Assembly (NCBI GenBank): GCA_964188305.1
Contig: OZ076901.1
Strand: one strand, 5' to 3'
DNA length: 64,000 nucleotides
Origin: Podarcis bocagei
Lineage: Eukaryota
The number at the start of each line of letters is the position of its first letter. Positions within the stretch are counted from its first letter, which is position 1. Position numbers and translations under genes: made by a program. The notes beneath the pieces were generated by a model that did not search any database, was not told the origin of the DNA, and saw only the letters and a program-made list of their open reading frames with translations. Below are positions 49,918-62,063 of this stretch, one piece after another.

Positions 49918-50275
49918 TATATAGGCCGGGAGAGAAAACAGTTCTATGAGTTCTTGTGTTCTAGTATATACACAGAAAACTGCTGCATGAGTTCTTGTGT
50001 TCTGATATACAAAGCAGTGACCATTCTGCATGCGCCCAATTAATGTGTGACTGCTAACATGCACACCACTTTTGGCCCCGGAAGGTGGCGGAATGGGCTG
50101 GCATTTGCAATGACCAGGAACGCAACCCATATGCAAACAGGGAGTTGCCAGCATATATAAAGAGAAAACTGGTGCATGAGTTACTGTGCGTGCATGAGAG
50201 CTCTCTCTCTTTCTATATATATATATATATGTAAAACTGCTGTACTAGCTCTTGTGCTCTGATTTATATATATAT

Positions 50276-50288
50276 AAATCTACGAAAG

Positions 50289-50350
<62 letters not shown>

Positions 50351-50618
50351 CTTTCGTAGATTTTCACGGGTACAGGAATGCAGGTTTTGGTATCTTCGGG
50401 TGTCTTCCCGTGTAAGTTCCTCTCTGCCCAGAACGTTGGAGGCTATACACCACACCCCCTCAACAGTATTTATAGGAACTCAAACACTGAGATCCTGCTC
50501 TGTTCTAGTAACAAGAAGCCGAAAGCACCAGCCTGAAGATGACGAGTGAGACCTCGTTAAAAACGTCGCCTAGACACCCCAACTCTTACACGGGAAGACA
50601 CCCGAAGATACCAAAACC

Positions 50619-50655
<37 letters not shown>
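50276..50655. mobile_element. Penelope-like remnant with inverted repeats, embedded in (TA)n
   Basis: Perfect 39-bp inverted repeat (50378-50416 / 50585-50623), degenerate CTGAAGA...AAACGTC hammerhead-like core at 50531-50570, TA tracts on both sides. Confidence 0.6.
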
Positions 50656-50657
<2 letters not shown>

Positions 50658-51782
50658 TAAATCCCTTGCCAGGGAAAACAGATGAAAGAAATGCACGTAC
50701 AGACATAAAAGACCGGCTGTTATCTGTACTAATGATGCTGAAGCAAGCCCACTCTCTCTACCGCATCTGCCTTTCATGCTGGTTATTTATAAATACCAAC
50801 AACAATAGTAATGATAATAATAAGGAAGCCCAGGAGAGCTCCTTTGCCCCTTGGAGCATCGAGCGCACGCACTCACAGGCACGCAGAAAAACCCTAATTA
50901 AGCTGTTCAAGGACCTGCCTGGCTCCGTTATGTAACTGTGCTCCTCCATCACAGCCATTGTTTCCATAAATGGGAACTCTGAGGGGGGAGACGGGGAGTG
51001 GGGGGTGGCCCCACCGGTCAATATAGCAGGGCATCTGCCAGGGGCCCCCACCCCACCAAGGGGTCTCACACTGGACTTTCTCCTCATACTTCACCAGTCT
51101 GCTACCCTTCACAACAGTGGTGGAGAGGAGAAGAATCAGTAGACGTCACTTCCTGCTGGTTCCTGTACGCAATGGGCATGGATGGCTAAAAAAACCCTCA
51201 CTATACCAATGCATATTCCACATGGCCACTGCCCAGGAAAGCTAAACCCTGGAAGAAGCCCTCAAGGACCAGCAGTCCTGATGGGGCACCTGTGCTGCTT
51301 GTGGAGAACCAGGTCCCTACGTTATCCCACTGCTTGCCTCTGCTGCCTTACTGGGCCAGCCTCCCCAGACCAGCTTCCTGCTTCCAGTGGTGGGCCATGC
51401 TTCTAAGCCATGCTCTGCTTGACGGCCATTGACCTGTGACAGGGCCTTTTCAGTGGTGGCTCCCTGTTTGTAGAATGCCCTCCCTTGACTCGCCTTTACT
51501 CTAAGAGACACCAATGCCCAAATGTTGCAAGATAAAAAGATAAGAAGATCAGGCCAATGGCCCGTCTAGTCCAACATTTTGTTTCCACAGCGGCCCGCCA
51601 GATAGCTATGAAAATGTTTTAAATGTTTGATGTTTTACTGTGCTTTTCATATTTTGCTGGGAGCCACCCACAGTGGCTGAGGCAACCCAGTCTTATGGGT
51701 GGCATATAAAAAGTAAAATAAAATAGTAATAATAATAATAATAATAGTAATAATAATAGTTGTTATTTACCCTCCATGTATA

Positions 51783-52146
51783 GGGGTGCGGGTGGCGCTG
51801 TGGGTTAAACCACAGAGCCTAGGACTTGCCAATCAGAAGGTTGGCGGTTCGAATCCCCACAACAGGGTGAGCTCCCGTTGCTCGGTCCCTGCTCCTGCCA
51901 ACCTAGCAGTTCGAAAGCACGTCAAAGTGCAAGTAGATAAATAGGTACCGCTCCAGCGGGAAGGTAAATGGCGTTTCCGTGCGCTGCTCTGGTTCGCCAG
52001 AAGCAGCTTAGTCATGCTGGCCACATGACCCGGAAGCTGTCTGCAGACAAATGCCAGCTCCCTTGGCCAGTAAAGTGAGATGAGCGCTGCAACCCCAGAG
52101 TCGGCCATGACTGGACCTAACAGTCAGGGGTCCCTTTACCTTTACC
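51783..52146 (+). mobile_element. Sauria SINE, full length
   Basis: 16-bp TSD TTACCCTCCATGTATA at 51767-51782 and 52147-52162. Confidence 0.9.
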
Positions 52147-53229
52147 TTACCCTCCATGTATAAGTCCAATCCTCTTTTAGAGCCATCCAAATTGGCTTCT
52201 TTCATAGGGGAGTTGCTCCACGCCCCCCTGAACACATTGGGCTGCCCTTTTCTGAACCTTTTCCATGTAGGGGGAGCAGAACTGCAGGCATTCAGGGAAG
52301 GCCACATAGCAAGGCCTGACGCCAAGAGCTTCCACCCTTCAGAGGTAAACCAGGTCTTCATGGAGAGAAGGCAGGCTTTAACCACCCTTGGTATTCTATA
52401 CTGCCCCCCAGAAAAAAAAACACTTTACACATACAAATGAATTCCTTCAGTGCTGATTTAGGAAATTACTCCCCCCCCCCCCGCCAAAGCCATTAAGCTT
52501 CAGAAGCTCTCAGGGCTACACTCTCCAAACACACACACACACAGAAGTGAGTGCTGAGCTGACAAACTCATTTCCTCTTAGCCCAGCACTTTGCAGGATG
52601 AAGCAGCTGAAGCCTGTCCATTCATCACCCAGCCCTGTGCCTCCATTTGATGGAAAGCCTCGCCCGCTACAGGAGGGAAGGCCGTGGGGGGGGGGGGAGG
52701 AGAACCACACAAATGGATGAATTATTTACTCTGCTCGCCTAAAAGGGTATTAAGCTGGGGAAAGTGGGGCAGGGAAAGGGAGAGGTGCTTTGCAGAGCTG
52801 GTCATCAAGGAAACCCAGCAGGCTGCTACACTTATTACTCATACGCAGGATGGGCAGAGGAGCATCTCTGCCTGGGCATCCCTAATGCAAACAAACATTC
52901 GGATTCCAACTCAACTGTGGAAGGGGCTGCCTCAAAAGGGGGTGGGTGGACTCTCCTTCAGCAGAGGTTTCCAAACAGGGGTTGGACGGTCATCTGTCAG
53001 GGATGCTCTGCTAGATTCCTGCACTGCAGGGGGTTGGACTGGACGACTCCCGGGGGTCCCTCCCAATGCCACAATTTCTGGGGTTTACGCCACCTTCACT
53101 GGTGACCTGTTTGTTTCAGAGAGCAGTCTGGAGCGCCAGGTGTAATGCTTAAGGCTCTAACTTGGCCTTACTTAACTGGGTGCCATCCAGATGTTCTGGA
53201 CTATGGCTCCCACCAGCCCAAGGCAGCAT

Positions 53230-53620
53230 GCCAAGCCACTGGCCCCTCTAGCTCAATACTGTCAACACTGACCGGCAGCAGCTCTCCTGGGATTCAGGCA
53301 GGAGCCTTTCCCCAGCCCTACTGGAGACACCCCTGGGGATTGAACCCGGGACTTTCTGCATGCAAAGGAGATGCTTTGGTCCTTCCCGTAACACAGAGAA
53401 AGACCCCAGTCTTCATGGTTTTGAACTAAAGGCTAATTTAAATAGGAACATTGGAAGCTGCCTGAAACGAAGTCGGTCCGTTGGCCCATCTAGCTCAGCA
53501 AGGACTACACTGGCCGGCAGCAGCTCTTCAGGGATTCAAGCAGGAGTCTCTCTCCCAGCCTTACCTGGGCATGCTAGGGATTGAACCTGGGACCTTCTGC
53601 ATGCAAAGCAGATGTTCTGC
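53230..53620 (-). mobile_element. Tandem pair of tRNA-Ala-derived SINEs
   Basis: Two units with linker at about 53385-53450. Confidence 0.7.
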
Positions 53621-55014
53621 CCCACCTTCCTCTGGGGCCGAAAATGGCATATGCCTCAGTGGCCGCGCGTGCAAAATGGGAGCTGCCTGTATACATCCCC
53701 TGAGGACCCTGCTCCCTCCCACCCGCCCACCCGATTCGGAATAGCCAGCCTTGACATCTGCACCCCCATCAGCAGCTACCATCTTCCTGCTTTGCTACTA
53801 CTACCTCCTGCAGGGAGAGGAGAAACGTGGGACCATCCCTGGAGGACACAGATTTATAATAGCTGGCCTTGACCCCAGACTCCTGGGTGGGGTGGGGAGG
53901 TTAAAGGGGGGGAATTGTTGGTTCAATGTGAATGATTTTGGGTCTAGGGGGAGGGTTGAGGTTTCGTTTATTTGTTAATTAGTGGATCTGAGTATCGCTT
54001 TGTTTATTATTTCACTTTTTTAAAAAATGGATGTCATGTTATATGAAATATTAATGTATTACATGATTCCCCCCCCAACTTTCCCCCCATGGTACTATGT
54101 ATTGTATATCTTTCTTTTGTTGTAAGATGCTCGGAGACCTTTGGGTGACAAGCGATGAATCAGTCTAATAAATGAATATTTAGGGGCTTCAAGAACAGTT
54201 GCAAAACAACCCTGTGTGTTTGAAAACGAGCCCATTAATCTGTGGCTACCGGTAAGGTAAGCTCCTGAGTGGAAGCTGCCCAGCAGCTGCGGTCTCCTTT
54301 GCAAAGGCTGAAACAACAGAGCTAATTCCCGAGCAGAGAATCCGTCGACACACATCAAGGCTTGCACAGGCGTCGGTGGGGTTTTCCGATCCCTCCACCT
54401 GGCCTGTCTAAATCGAACGCTGCTGATGGGCCCCTTAGCCCTTCCGTGAGATGGAGCAGGATGGAAAATGCACTGCTTGAAAACATCATGTAGGGAAAAT
54501 GAAAGAGGGCCGGACCTTGGAAGGGTACCATCCAGCTGGCAATCAGGGTAGGTAGGGGGAACTACAGCTGAGGAATCAGTAACCACAAGGTATCTTCTAT
54601 ATGGTTTCAAAGAATGCAAGCACTTTAGCCTCAAAGCCTTCGATATTACATTTTTGTAAATGATAATAATAAAATAGGCAAAATGCTCACCGAGCTACAG
54701 GCAAAATACTCTTGGGATGATGCAAGGTTGCAAATCCCCACCATTAAAGCTGCCGCACTACAGCTGCTGCCTCTCTCTCTCTCTGCTCTGGGATAGAGAG
54801 CCCCACTCTCAAAAGGAAATTGCATTAGGAGCGCAAGGCTTTCCGGCCAGAAAAGCCCTCCAGTCCCATAGCAGCAGGGCCAGAGCTGCATCGATCCTGA
54901 CAAGCCACCCACCCAGAGTGCCGCAAACGTCCGCGGCAATTAAGCAGAGGAAGGCGGTGGGGCTGGGCCGCGAGGAAAGAGGGCAGTGCCTGGATCCCCG
55001 GGTCAAGTGAAAGT

Positions 55015-55475
55015 ATTCAAGCTGGCCACATGAGAAGTTAAAGAGAGTCTGGACAGAGAAGAGTTTCCTCCTTTTCTCATAACGCCAAAACTGGGGTGTG
55101 AATGTTGGAAGACTCAGAACAGATAAAAGAAAGTCCATCTTCTTCACACAAGGCTTCGTCAACCTATGGAATTCGCTCCTGCAGGAGGCTGTGACGGAGA
55201 CTAACTTGGATGGCTTGAAAAGAGGATTAGACAAACTCGGTGAGGGCTTTTGATGGCTCCGCTCTGACTCCACATTTGGAGACAGCGATGCTTCTGAATA
55301 CCAGTTGCTAGAAACAGCAGGAGGGGCGAGGGCTCTGGTGCCGGAATCCTGCTTGTGGGTTTCACACAATAGACAACACCTGGTTGGCCACTGTGAAAAC
55401 AGGATACTGGACTAAGATGCCTCCCCCCCCCTTTTGGCCTGATCCAGCAGAGTTCTTATCTTTTCATATTCTTAG
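55015..55475 (+). mobile_element. CR1-type LINE 3' fragment (second subfamily, CTTATG-like tail)
   Basis: CTATGGAATTCGCT...TTGGATGGCTT.AAAAGAGGATTAGACAAA...GGCCTGATCCAGCAG; related pieces at about 14630-14905, 21440-21820, 35330-35530, 40565-40800 and 62320-62480. Confidence 0.7.
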
Positions 55476-56690
55476 ACCTCTGGTGGAGGGGAGGGACTGC
55501 TCCTCTCATCTGGCCAGAAACGGATGGATGACTTCCTAAAACCCAAGGGAGGAAGGGAATCTACCTGTCCTCTATCAACCTGGAAAGGGAAAGGGAGGTT
55601 GTCTTCCACAAGATGGATTGAGAAAGTGTTTTATCAGCCTCAGCAGCCAACTCAATTAGCTTTCGGTCAAAAACCATATTAGAAAAGATGTGATGAATAG
55701 ATGTCTTTTTTTAGTCGTCAAGATTTGTGGCATATCCATCAAACTACACACACACACACACACATTTAAAGTCTTGCGCTTTCTTATTAAGACTATTCAA
55801 GATAAATGGGTCCTTGGGGACTTGCCTGACAGGTGCTGTACCTGCAAATTTGCGATACCTGCAAATTATACATGAGGAGCCACAATGCACCAGGAATCAA
55901 TCTGGCACAGAAATTGTCATAAACCATGATAAATGGGAGTTGCTCCTTGTTTGTCACAATGGGATTTGTGCCGAAGTTCCTCAAAAACAACGGAAGTAAA
56001 AATCCACAGGCTGCAGAATGTAGTATCAGGTGCAGAATTTCGCTTGCTGAGAACTTTGGCCTTTAAATATGAAGTTTCTAGTCCTTATAAGGCAGCCACC
56101 AAATAGCCCGCAGGTCCCCTATTCCTGCTCCACCCACTACACCACACTGCACGCTCCCTTCCTCCACCGACGTTTCAAAGCCAGAAGGTGCTCAAAGCTT
56201 CAGGACACACCTAACTAATAACATTTGCCCATTATCTATTTGCAATAGACATCCAGCAAGTGAAAATCAATGGATGCCCCTCCCTCAGCCCTTCCAAACT
56301 TTGCAAATGCCAGCGAGAGCCCCATGGGGAAATTGAGGGATGCACAGACACGGTTTCTCAGATTCCTTGGCCTATCACAACCAAGCAAAAATTTAAAAAG
56401 CCATTTCCTGTAAGAGGTTTTCATGCACCTTTGATTACAGAAAATAACAAAACTGCCTTCACCAGGAGCAGATATTGGAGAACCGCTCTTCTCGAGGGGA
56501 AGAGCGCCCCCTGGAGCCCACATGCTGCTATGGCTATTGCAGAAAGCATCCTGCTGCTATCACATTTCCCTGCAGATTTTTTTTAGGAATGCAGTTTCAT
56601 AAAATTAATCAGAAGCCTAATGAAGGCGCACACTGGAAGTGAAGCTGTGCAACAGGAAGGGACAGAAACATGCCTAAAATCTAAAACTGA

Positions 56691-56750
<60 letters not shown>
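56691..56750. repeat. (AAT)n microsatellite
   Basis: Direct observation. Confidence 0.95.
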
Positions 56751-56751
<1 letters not shown>

Positions 56752-57473
56752 TCTTCCCTGGGAAGCACATTATTTGTGTGTGCAGCTCTTCAAAGGCACA
56801 GTGAAATCAGTACATTGCTTTTTTAAAAAGCGTTTTCACTGATTTGCTTTTTCCCCTAACACTCTAAATAATGTAAGGGAAGTCTGTGTAGGCAACTGAG
56901 CTGTACATTGCTAAGTACCGCTGTAAAAAAATGACATTTGAGCAAGGGTGCCTTTGCCAACCGGTGGCCCTCAAGCTGTTTTGTACTACAGCTCCCATCA
57001 ACCCCAGCCAGCAGGGTCACATTGTCCATTTGGATGAATGAGACTGTGCCCCACCAACCAGCGCCTGCTCTCAGCCAGCCCCTCACCTGCCTGCCTTTCT
57101 ACTCATAACCAATCCAGGTTGCCCTGCCTGCCACCTTCCTCCTCTTTAGTCTCTGTGTTGTCCCTCCTAGAAATCAGCAGGATGGAGGACAGGTACAAAG
57201 CCAGAATTAGTTTTCTCTGGCTGTCATTGGCTCTGGCGCCACCTGCTGTTGGGCTCCCTGCTTTTTGCCTAACCAGGCCCAATGGGCAGTGCCCACCACT
57301 GCTTTACGGTGGCACAAGGCTCCTTGGCTTTTCTGGCTGCAAGAGTCTAACACGGCCGCCGCTGCCGCTGGAAACGTCCCCTGGATGTAGGAAACCGTGG
57401 GTTATGAGAGGAGGTATCGTGGGTGGCAAGTGGTTCTCTTTGAGCAATAATCCGATACAAGGCACAGACTTAC

Positions 57474-57548
57474 TTCCGAAGGTGCTCGTGTTCCTTTAAG
57501 AAAAGCTCTGTCCTTCTGTTGTTGACGCCACACCCGCTTTTGTAGGAC
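57474..57548 (-). CDS. GOSR1: GOSR1 exon, 75 nt (probably exon 6)
   Basis: SYKSGCGVNNRRTELFLKEHEHLR(N); TTCCAG acceptor, AA|GTAAGT donor; phases consistent with neighbours. Confidence 0.96.
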
Positions 57549-57973
57549 CTGGAAGATAAAGGTAGAAAGTCCCCCCAAAATGAGATTGCAGGAGCAGTGA
57601 ACCATGTTATAGTTAATTGTTGCAGCTTGTCTTCACTTACCCCGCCCCACTGCCCAGATCACAGAAGAATATTCCTACGTTATGAATGGTCCATGTCACC
57701 ATTAAGAAAAAGAGGTGGCAACAGGCCAGTGTAAATGTGGACTGTCCCTGGATCAAGGGACTTTTCTTCTTTAAGTTCTCAAAGCTCTTAACCTCGCTCA
57801 AGGTTCTCATCTGAACTAGTCAGATCTTTAAGTGGTAATCAATCACAGTCAGTCCATCATTTGAAAAATAGGACTTTAGAGCCGCCTTGCCACAAAATGG
57901 CAACTAGGCATTCTGTTTTGGTGGCTGTAATCTTGGTTCAAGGAGCCATTTGGTGCCTAGTTTATATATCTCA

Positions 57974-58321
57974 GGGATGCGGGTGGTGCTGTGGGTTAAA
58001 CCGCAGAGCCTAGGACTTGCTGATCAGAAGGTTGGCGGTTCAAATCCCTGTGACGGGGTGAGCTCCCATTGCTTGGTCCCTGCTCCTGCCAACCTAGCCG
58101 TTCGAAAGCACATCAAAGTGCAAGTAGATAAATAGGTACCGCTCCAGTGGGAAGGTAAACGGTGTTTCCGTGCGCTGCTCTGGTTTGCCAGACGCAGTTT
58201 AGTCATGTTGACCACATGACCCGGAAGTTGTACGCCAGCTCCCTTGGCCAATAAAGCGAGATGAGTGCCGCAACCCCAGAGTCGTCTGCGACTGGACCTA
58301 ATGGTCAGGAGTTCCTTTACC
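57974..58321 (+). mobile_element. Sauria SINE
   Basis: Flanked by TTTA(T/C)ATATCTCA at 57961-57973 and 58322-58334. Confidence 0.88.
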
Positions 58322-59356
58322 TTTACATATCTCACTTTCTAACAGTGTCTGCAGGCCCCAAGCCCCAGCAGAACAGAATGTTGGCTGTGCCACCAAGTTT
58401 CCTGGGAGTGAATCAACAGGCAGGGTGAGCCTCGCTGCTCCTTCTACCATTTGGGCAATTCAAATTGTAGCCCCTGTGAAAAAGCCAGCTGCCAATTGCA
58501 GCAACATAGTGCTACTTTTGCTGTTCGGGAGGGCAAAAGGCTATTCTGTGGTTCTCAGCAGACAGAAGGCAGCCACAGGCTGAGCTCAGTTCAGAACAGC
58601 AATGGCCTCCAGGAAAGTAAATATTTGCTGGTGGGAAAACACAAGCAGGGAGTGGCTCCTTGTGTGAAGCAAAGATCCGATTCTCCCTGTTGGCAAATCC
58701 TGCACAGCTTTGGGGAAGCAAGAGAGAAATTCCCAGGGCATATTTTTCTTGGGAATGAGGCAAACTATCTTTTCCATGCTCTGTCAGCCTAGGTTTTATT
58801 GCAACAGAAAATTTTACTGCGTCTCTCCCCCTGCTCCTCTTTGGTGTCTCTTACAAAGAGCAGAGATCTGCCTTGCCTTTGAAAGCTAACTCCGTAACAC
58901 CAGACTTCTTCAATCTTGCCACCCCAGACGTTGCTGGACTACAACTCCCATTGTCCCTGATCATTAGGCTAAGCTGGCTGGGTGTGATGGGAGTTGGGAG
59001 TCCAGTGGCCCCCCAGGCCTTTTTATTAGGCCCTTGGGACTCCCCCTAGGCCTTGCCCTCGCTGGCCCTGCTTTGCATCCTCCATCCTGTGTCCTGGAAT
59101 TCCGATCATGCCTCTCTGCTGACTTGGGAGAGGGGTGTGTGTAGAAACGAACCTTCACTGTCCCAGTCACTTTCTCCTCTGGCTCTGTCCACCAGTGGCC
59201 TGTGGTCATCAAGAGGCTGCCCAAAAGACAATGTGGCCCTCAGGCTGAAAAGCATTCTCTACCCTTGGGCTCTGGGTCACCAAGAATGCCTTTCTGCCCT
59301 GGTGGAACTCGGGTGAAGGCCACGCTCCCTAACGACTGCAGAGAGCGCTAACTTAC

Positions 59357-59448
59357 TCGATATCCTTCCGCACCGAACCCATGAGATTCTCTCTTTCCCG
59401 CACTGCCAGGAAGTTGGTTTTGGTTTTGTGGAATTCGTGTGTGTAGTC
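59357..59448 (-). CDS. GOSR1: GOSR1 exon, 92 nt (probably exon 5)
   Basis: DYTHEFHKTKTNFLAVRERENLMGSVRKDI(E); TTACAG acceptor, GA|GTAAGT donor. Confidence 0.96.
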
Positions 59449-60662
59449 CTGTAACAAGAGCAAAAGATTTCAAGCATGTTAGACTTTGAGAAGTGCGGTT
59501 CTTCCTCTAAGGATGAAGCTCAAAACGTTACAAATCTTCCGAGAGCCTTTCCCAACCCACTGACCTCCTCCACATGTTCTGAACTACAACTCCCAGCAGA
59601 CCCTGCAAACGGTGTTCAGGGATGAAGAGGGCTGGAGTCCAATAGCACCTGAAGGGTGCCAGCTTGGGGACGACTGTCCTATACTATGTATGTACCAAGT
59701 GTAAAACTAAGGCTCACACAGAAACAGGTCTACCAAGGACTCTGGCTCAGTAGATGCCTACTCTAGCCTAACAGTTGCGGCTGCAACCCATTTAAGAACA
59801 GGATCAGAGTCACATTTATTTTCTAGCAGATGTTCGGAACTTCATACATGACACGGTGGCCTTGTTCACACACAACAGTAAACAGTAGCTAACTGTGTAC
59901 TGCGAATGCACCAATCTTGACCAATTCGCTCCTCCCAACTAGCTCAAAGAACAAGCAAAACTATACAAGGAGAGACACTCGCTCTGGAAGACCAGCTCTA
60001 TAGTCTTGAGGTGTGCCTAGTCCCCATGGTGTTGGTGAATGTCCAAGCGTCCTCTAGAGCATGGAGCACCTATTTCTGGCTGCTGCTGGTTTGTTCCCAG
60101 ACAGGTCCAGCTTGCCCACTGCACTTCATGCTCCAATAATGTCCCACCTGGACTCCTGCAATGCACCCTACGCTGCCCTTGAAGACGGCTTGGAAGCTGC
60201 AGCTAATGCAAGATGCAGCTGTGAGAATTCCATTAGGCTTCTCACCTGGGGACCATGGAAACACTGCTTCTGAAGCATTTGCACCCGAAGCCAATTAGCT
60301 ACCCAATTCAAGGTCTTGGTTTTGATGTATAAAAGCCCTATGAGGCTTGGGACCCACTTATCCAAGAGACTGCCTCTCCATGTATAAGAAACAGGGAACT
60401 GATCATCATCCCTGACCACTGGCTACTCTTAAGACATACAGGACTGTATCCAACGTTCTCTGTCCGCTAGTGCAAAGGCTCTTGTGTTAGAGGACAGATG
60501 AGTTTTAACGTTGTGCAATGGAGGAAGGCAATGAAACAGTTCTGCCAGCAGAAACACTTTGCACGATACATTGTGCAACTTACTTCACAGCAAGGTTGCC
60601 AGCTTGTGCGTTCTTTAACTTACCACCTCACTGGATACAACCTGCAGGCTTTACAAAACATA

Positions 60663-61517
60663 CCGTATTTTTCATTTGATAACACGCACCTGACCATAAC
60701 ACGCACATAGTTTTTAGAGGAGGAAAACAAGAAAAAAAAATCTGAATGAAACAGTGGATGTATCATTTTTGTGCTTCATGCTGTGGCCACAGATATGTGA
60801 TTTGACGGTGAGTTTGGGGTAGCCCAATGCAAAGATCCTGAGAATCCATGTGGATCCGTGCTTTGTAACCACGTTTTTGCACCATTGCAGCCCTGTTTTT
60901 GCATCAGATCATTGCTATGTGATCTGATGGTGAATTTGGGGTGACCCAATGCAAAGATCCTGAGGATCCATGTGGATCCGTGCTTTGTAACCACGTTTTA
61001 AGTGGGGAGGGAAGGAAAAACATAGAAGGGACAAGGAGCACCGAGAGGGGTGTGCGGAGAAGCAGCTGGCTAAGAATGCAGGAGAGGGGTTTTACCGGAG
61101 GGAGGAAAGGAAGGCAAAAGTTCCCCCCACGCACCCACCCAAGCCGCCAGCTCTCTCTCTCTCCCCCACCTGCATGTTGCAGCACCGGAGCACGAGAGGA
61201 ATTAGAAGGAAGGACGCTCTGCTTTCCCCTCTGCTTGCCTGGAGGGGAGGGGTTTTCTCTGCTCTTTGTTCCATTTGAGCAAACACAGTAACAAACAGAA
61301 GCGGGTGGGCAGTAAGACCCTGAGGCAGTATGCAGGAAAGCAGCAGCTTCCTCTTTTCAAGGCTTCCCTTCTCCGGACGATTGATATTTGCCTGATTTTT
61401 GCCTTCACTCGCACCTCTCGGCTCCAGGGACCACACATTCGCTCAATAACACACACAGACATTTCCCCTTACTTTTTAGGAGAAAAAAATCTGCGTGTTA
61501 TAGAGGGAAAAATACGG
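60663..61517. mobile_element. Longer non-autonomous Tc2/pogo-like element
   Basis: TA-CCGTATTTTTC...GAAAAATACGG-TA; subterminal similarity to the 12282 family; internal duplication with about 120-bp period (60790-61000). Confidence 0.8.
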
Positions 61518-61955
61518 TATTTTAAAAATACTTGACTGCTGTGTATTTACTTCTGCAGTTGTAACACCCTACCTTACAGGGATAGAGCACGTATAAATGA
61601 TCAAACTAACTGATGAATGCAAAACAAATCCATAGTCAATATTTGGTGTTGGTTGAAAGGTCATGGTTTGTTCGAAGTGAAACAGAACAAGATTCCTGGT
61701 TCAGCTGTAATGCTCTACCTTTAAAGCACATTTCTCTCCCGTCCAAGAATTCTGGGAACTATAGTTCCCCCTGCACTATAATAATTTATTTCTACCCCGC
61801 CCATCTGGCTGTACTTCCCCAGCCACTCTGGGCGGCTTCCAGCAAAAGATTAAAAATACATTAAAACATCAGTCATTAAAAACTTCCCTAAACAGGCTGA
61901 AAGAGCCACCGAGTCTGGCAAACACCAGAGCGTCACCCCCAGAGCTTCTTCCTAC

Positions 61956-62063
61956 CTGCAAGATGTCTCTGTGCCGCTGCAAGGTGTGCATCAGAGCCGC
62001 ATTGAGGGATGGGACTCCGGCGCTGTTGGTGTACTCGGCCATTTTGTCATTTATCCCCGTGAG
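61956..62063 (-). CDS. GOSR1: GOSR1 exon, 108 nt (probably exon 4)
   Basis: LTGINDKMAEYTNSAGVPSLNAALMHTLQRHRDILQ between CAG acceptor and CAG|GTAGG donor. Confidence 0.96.
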
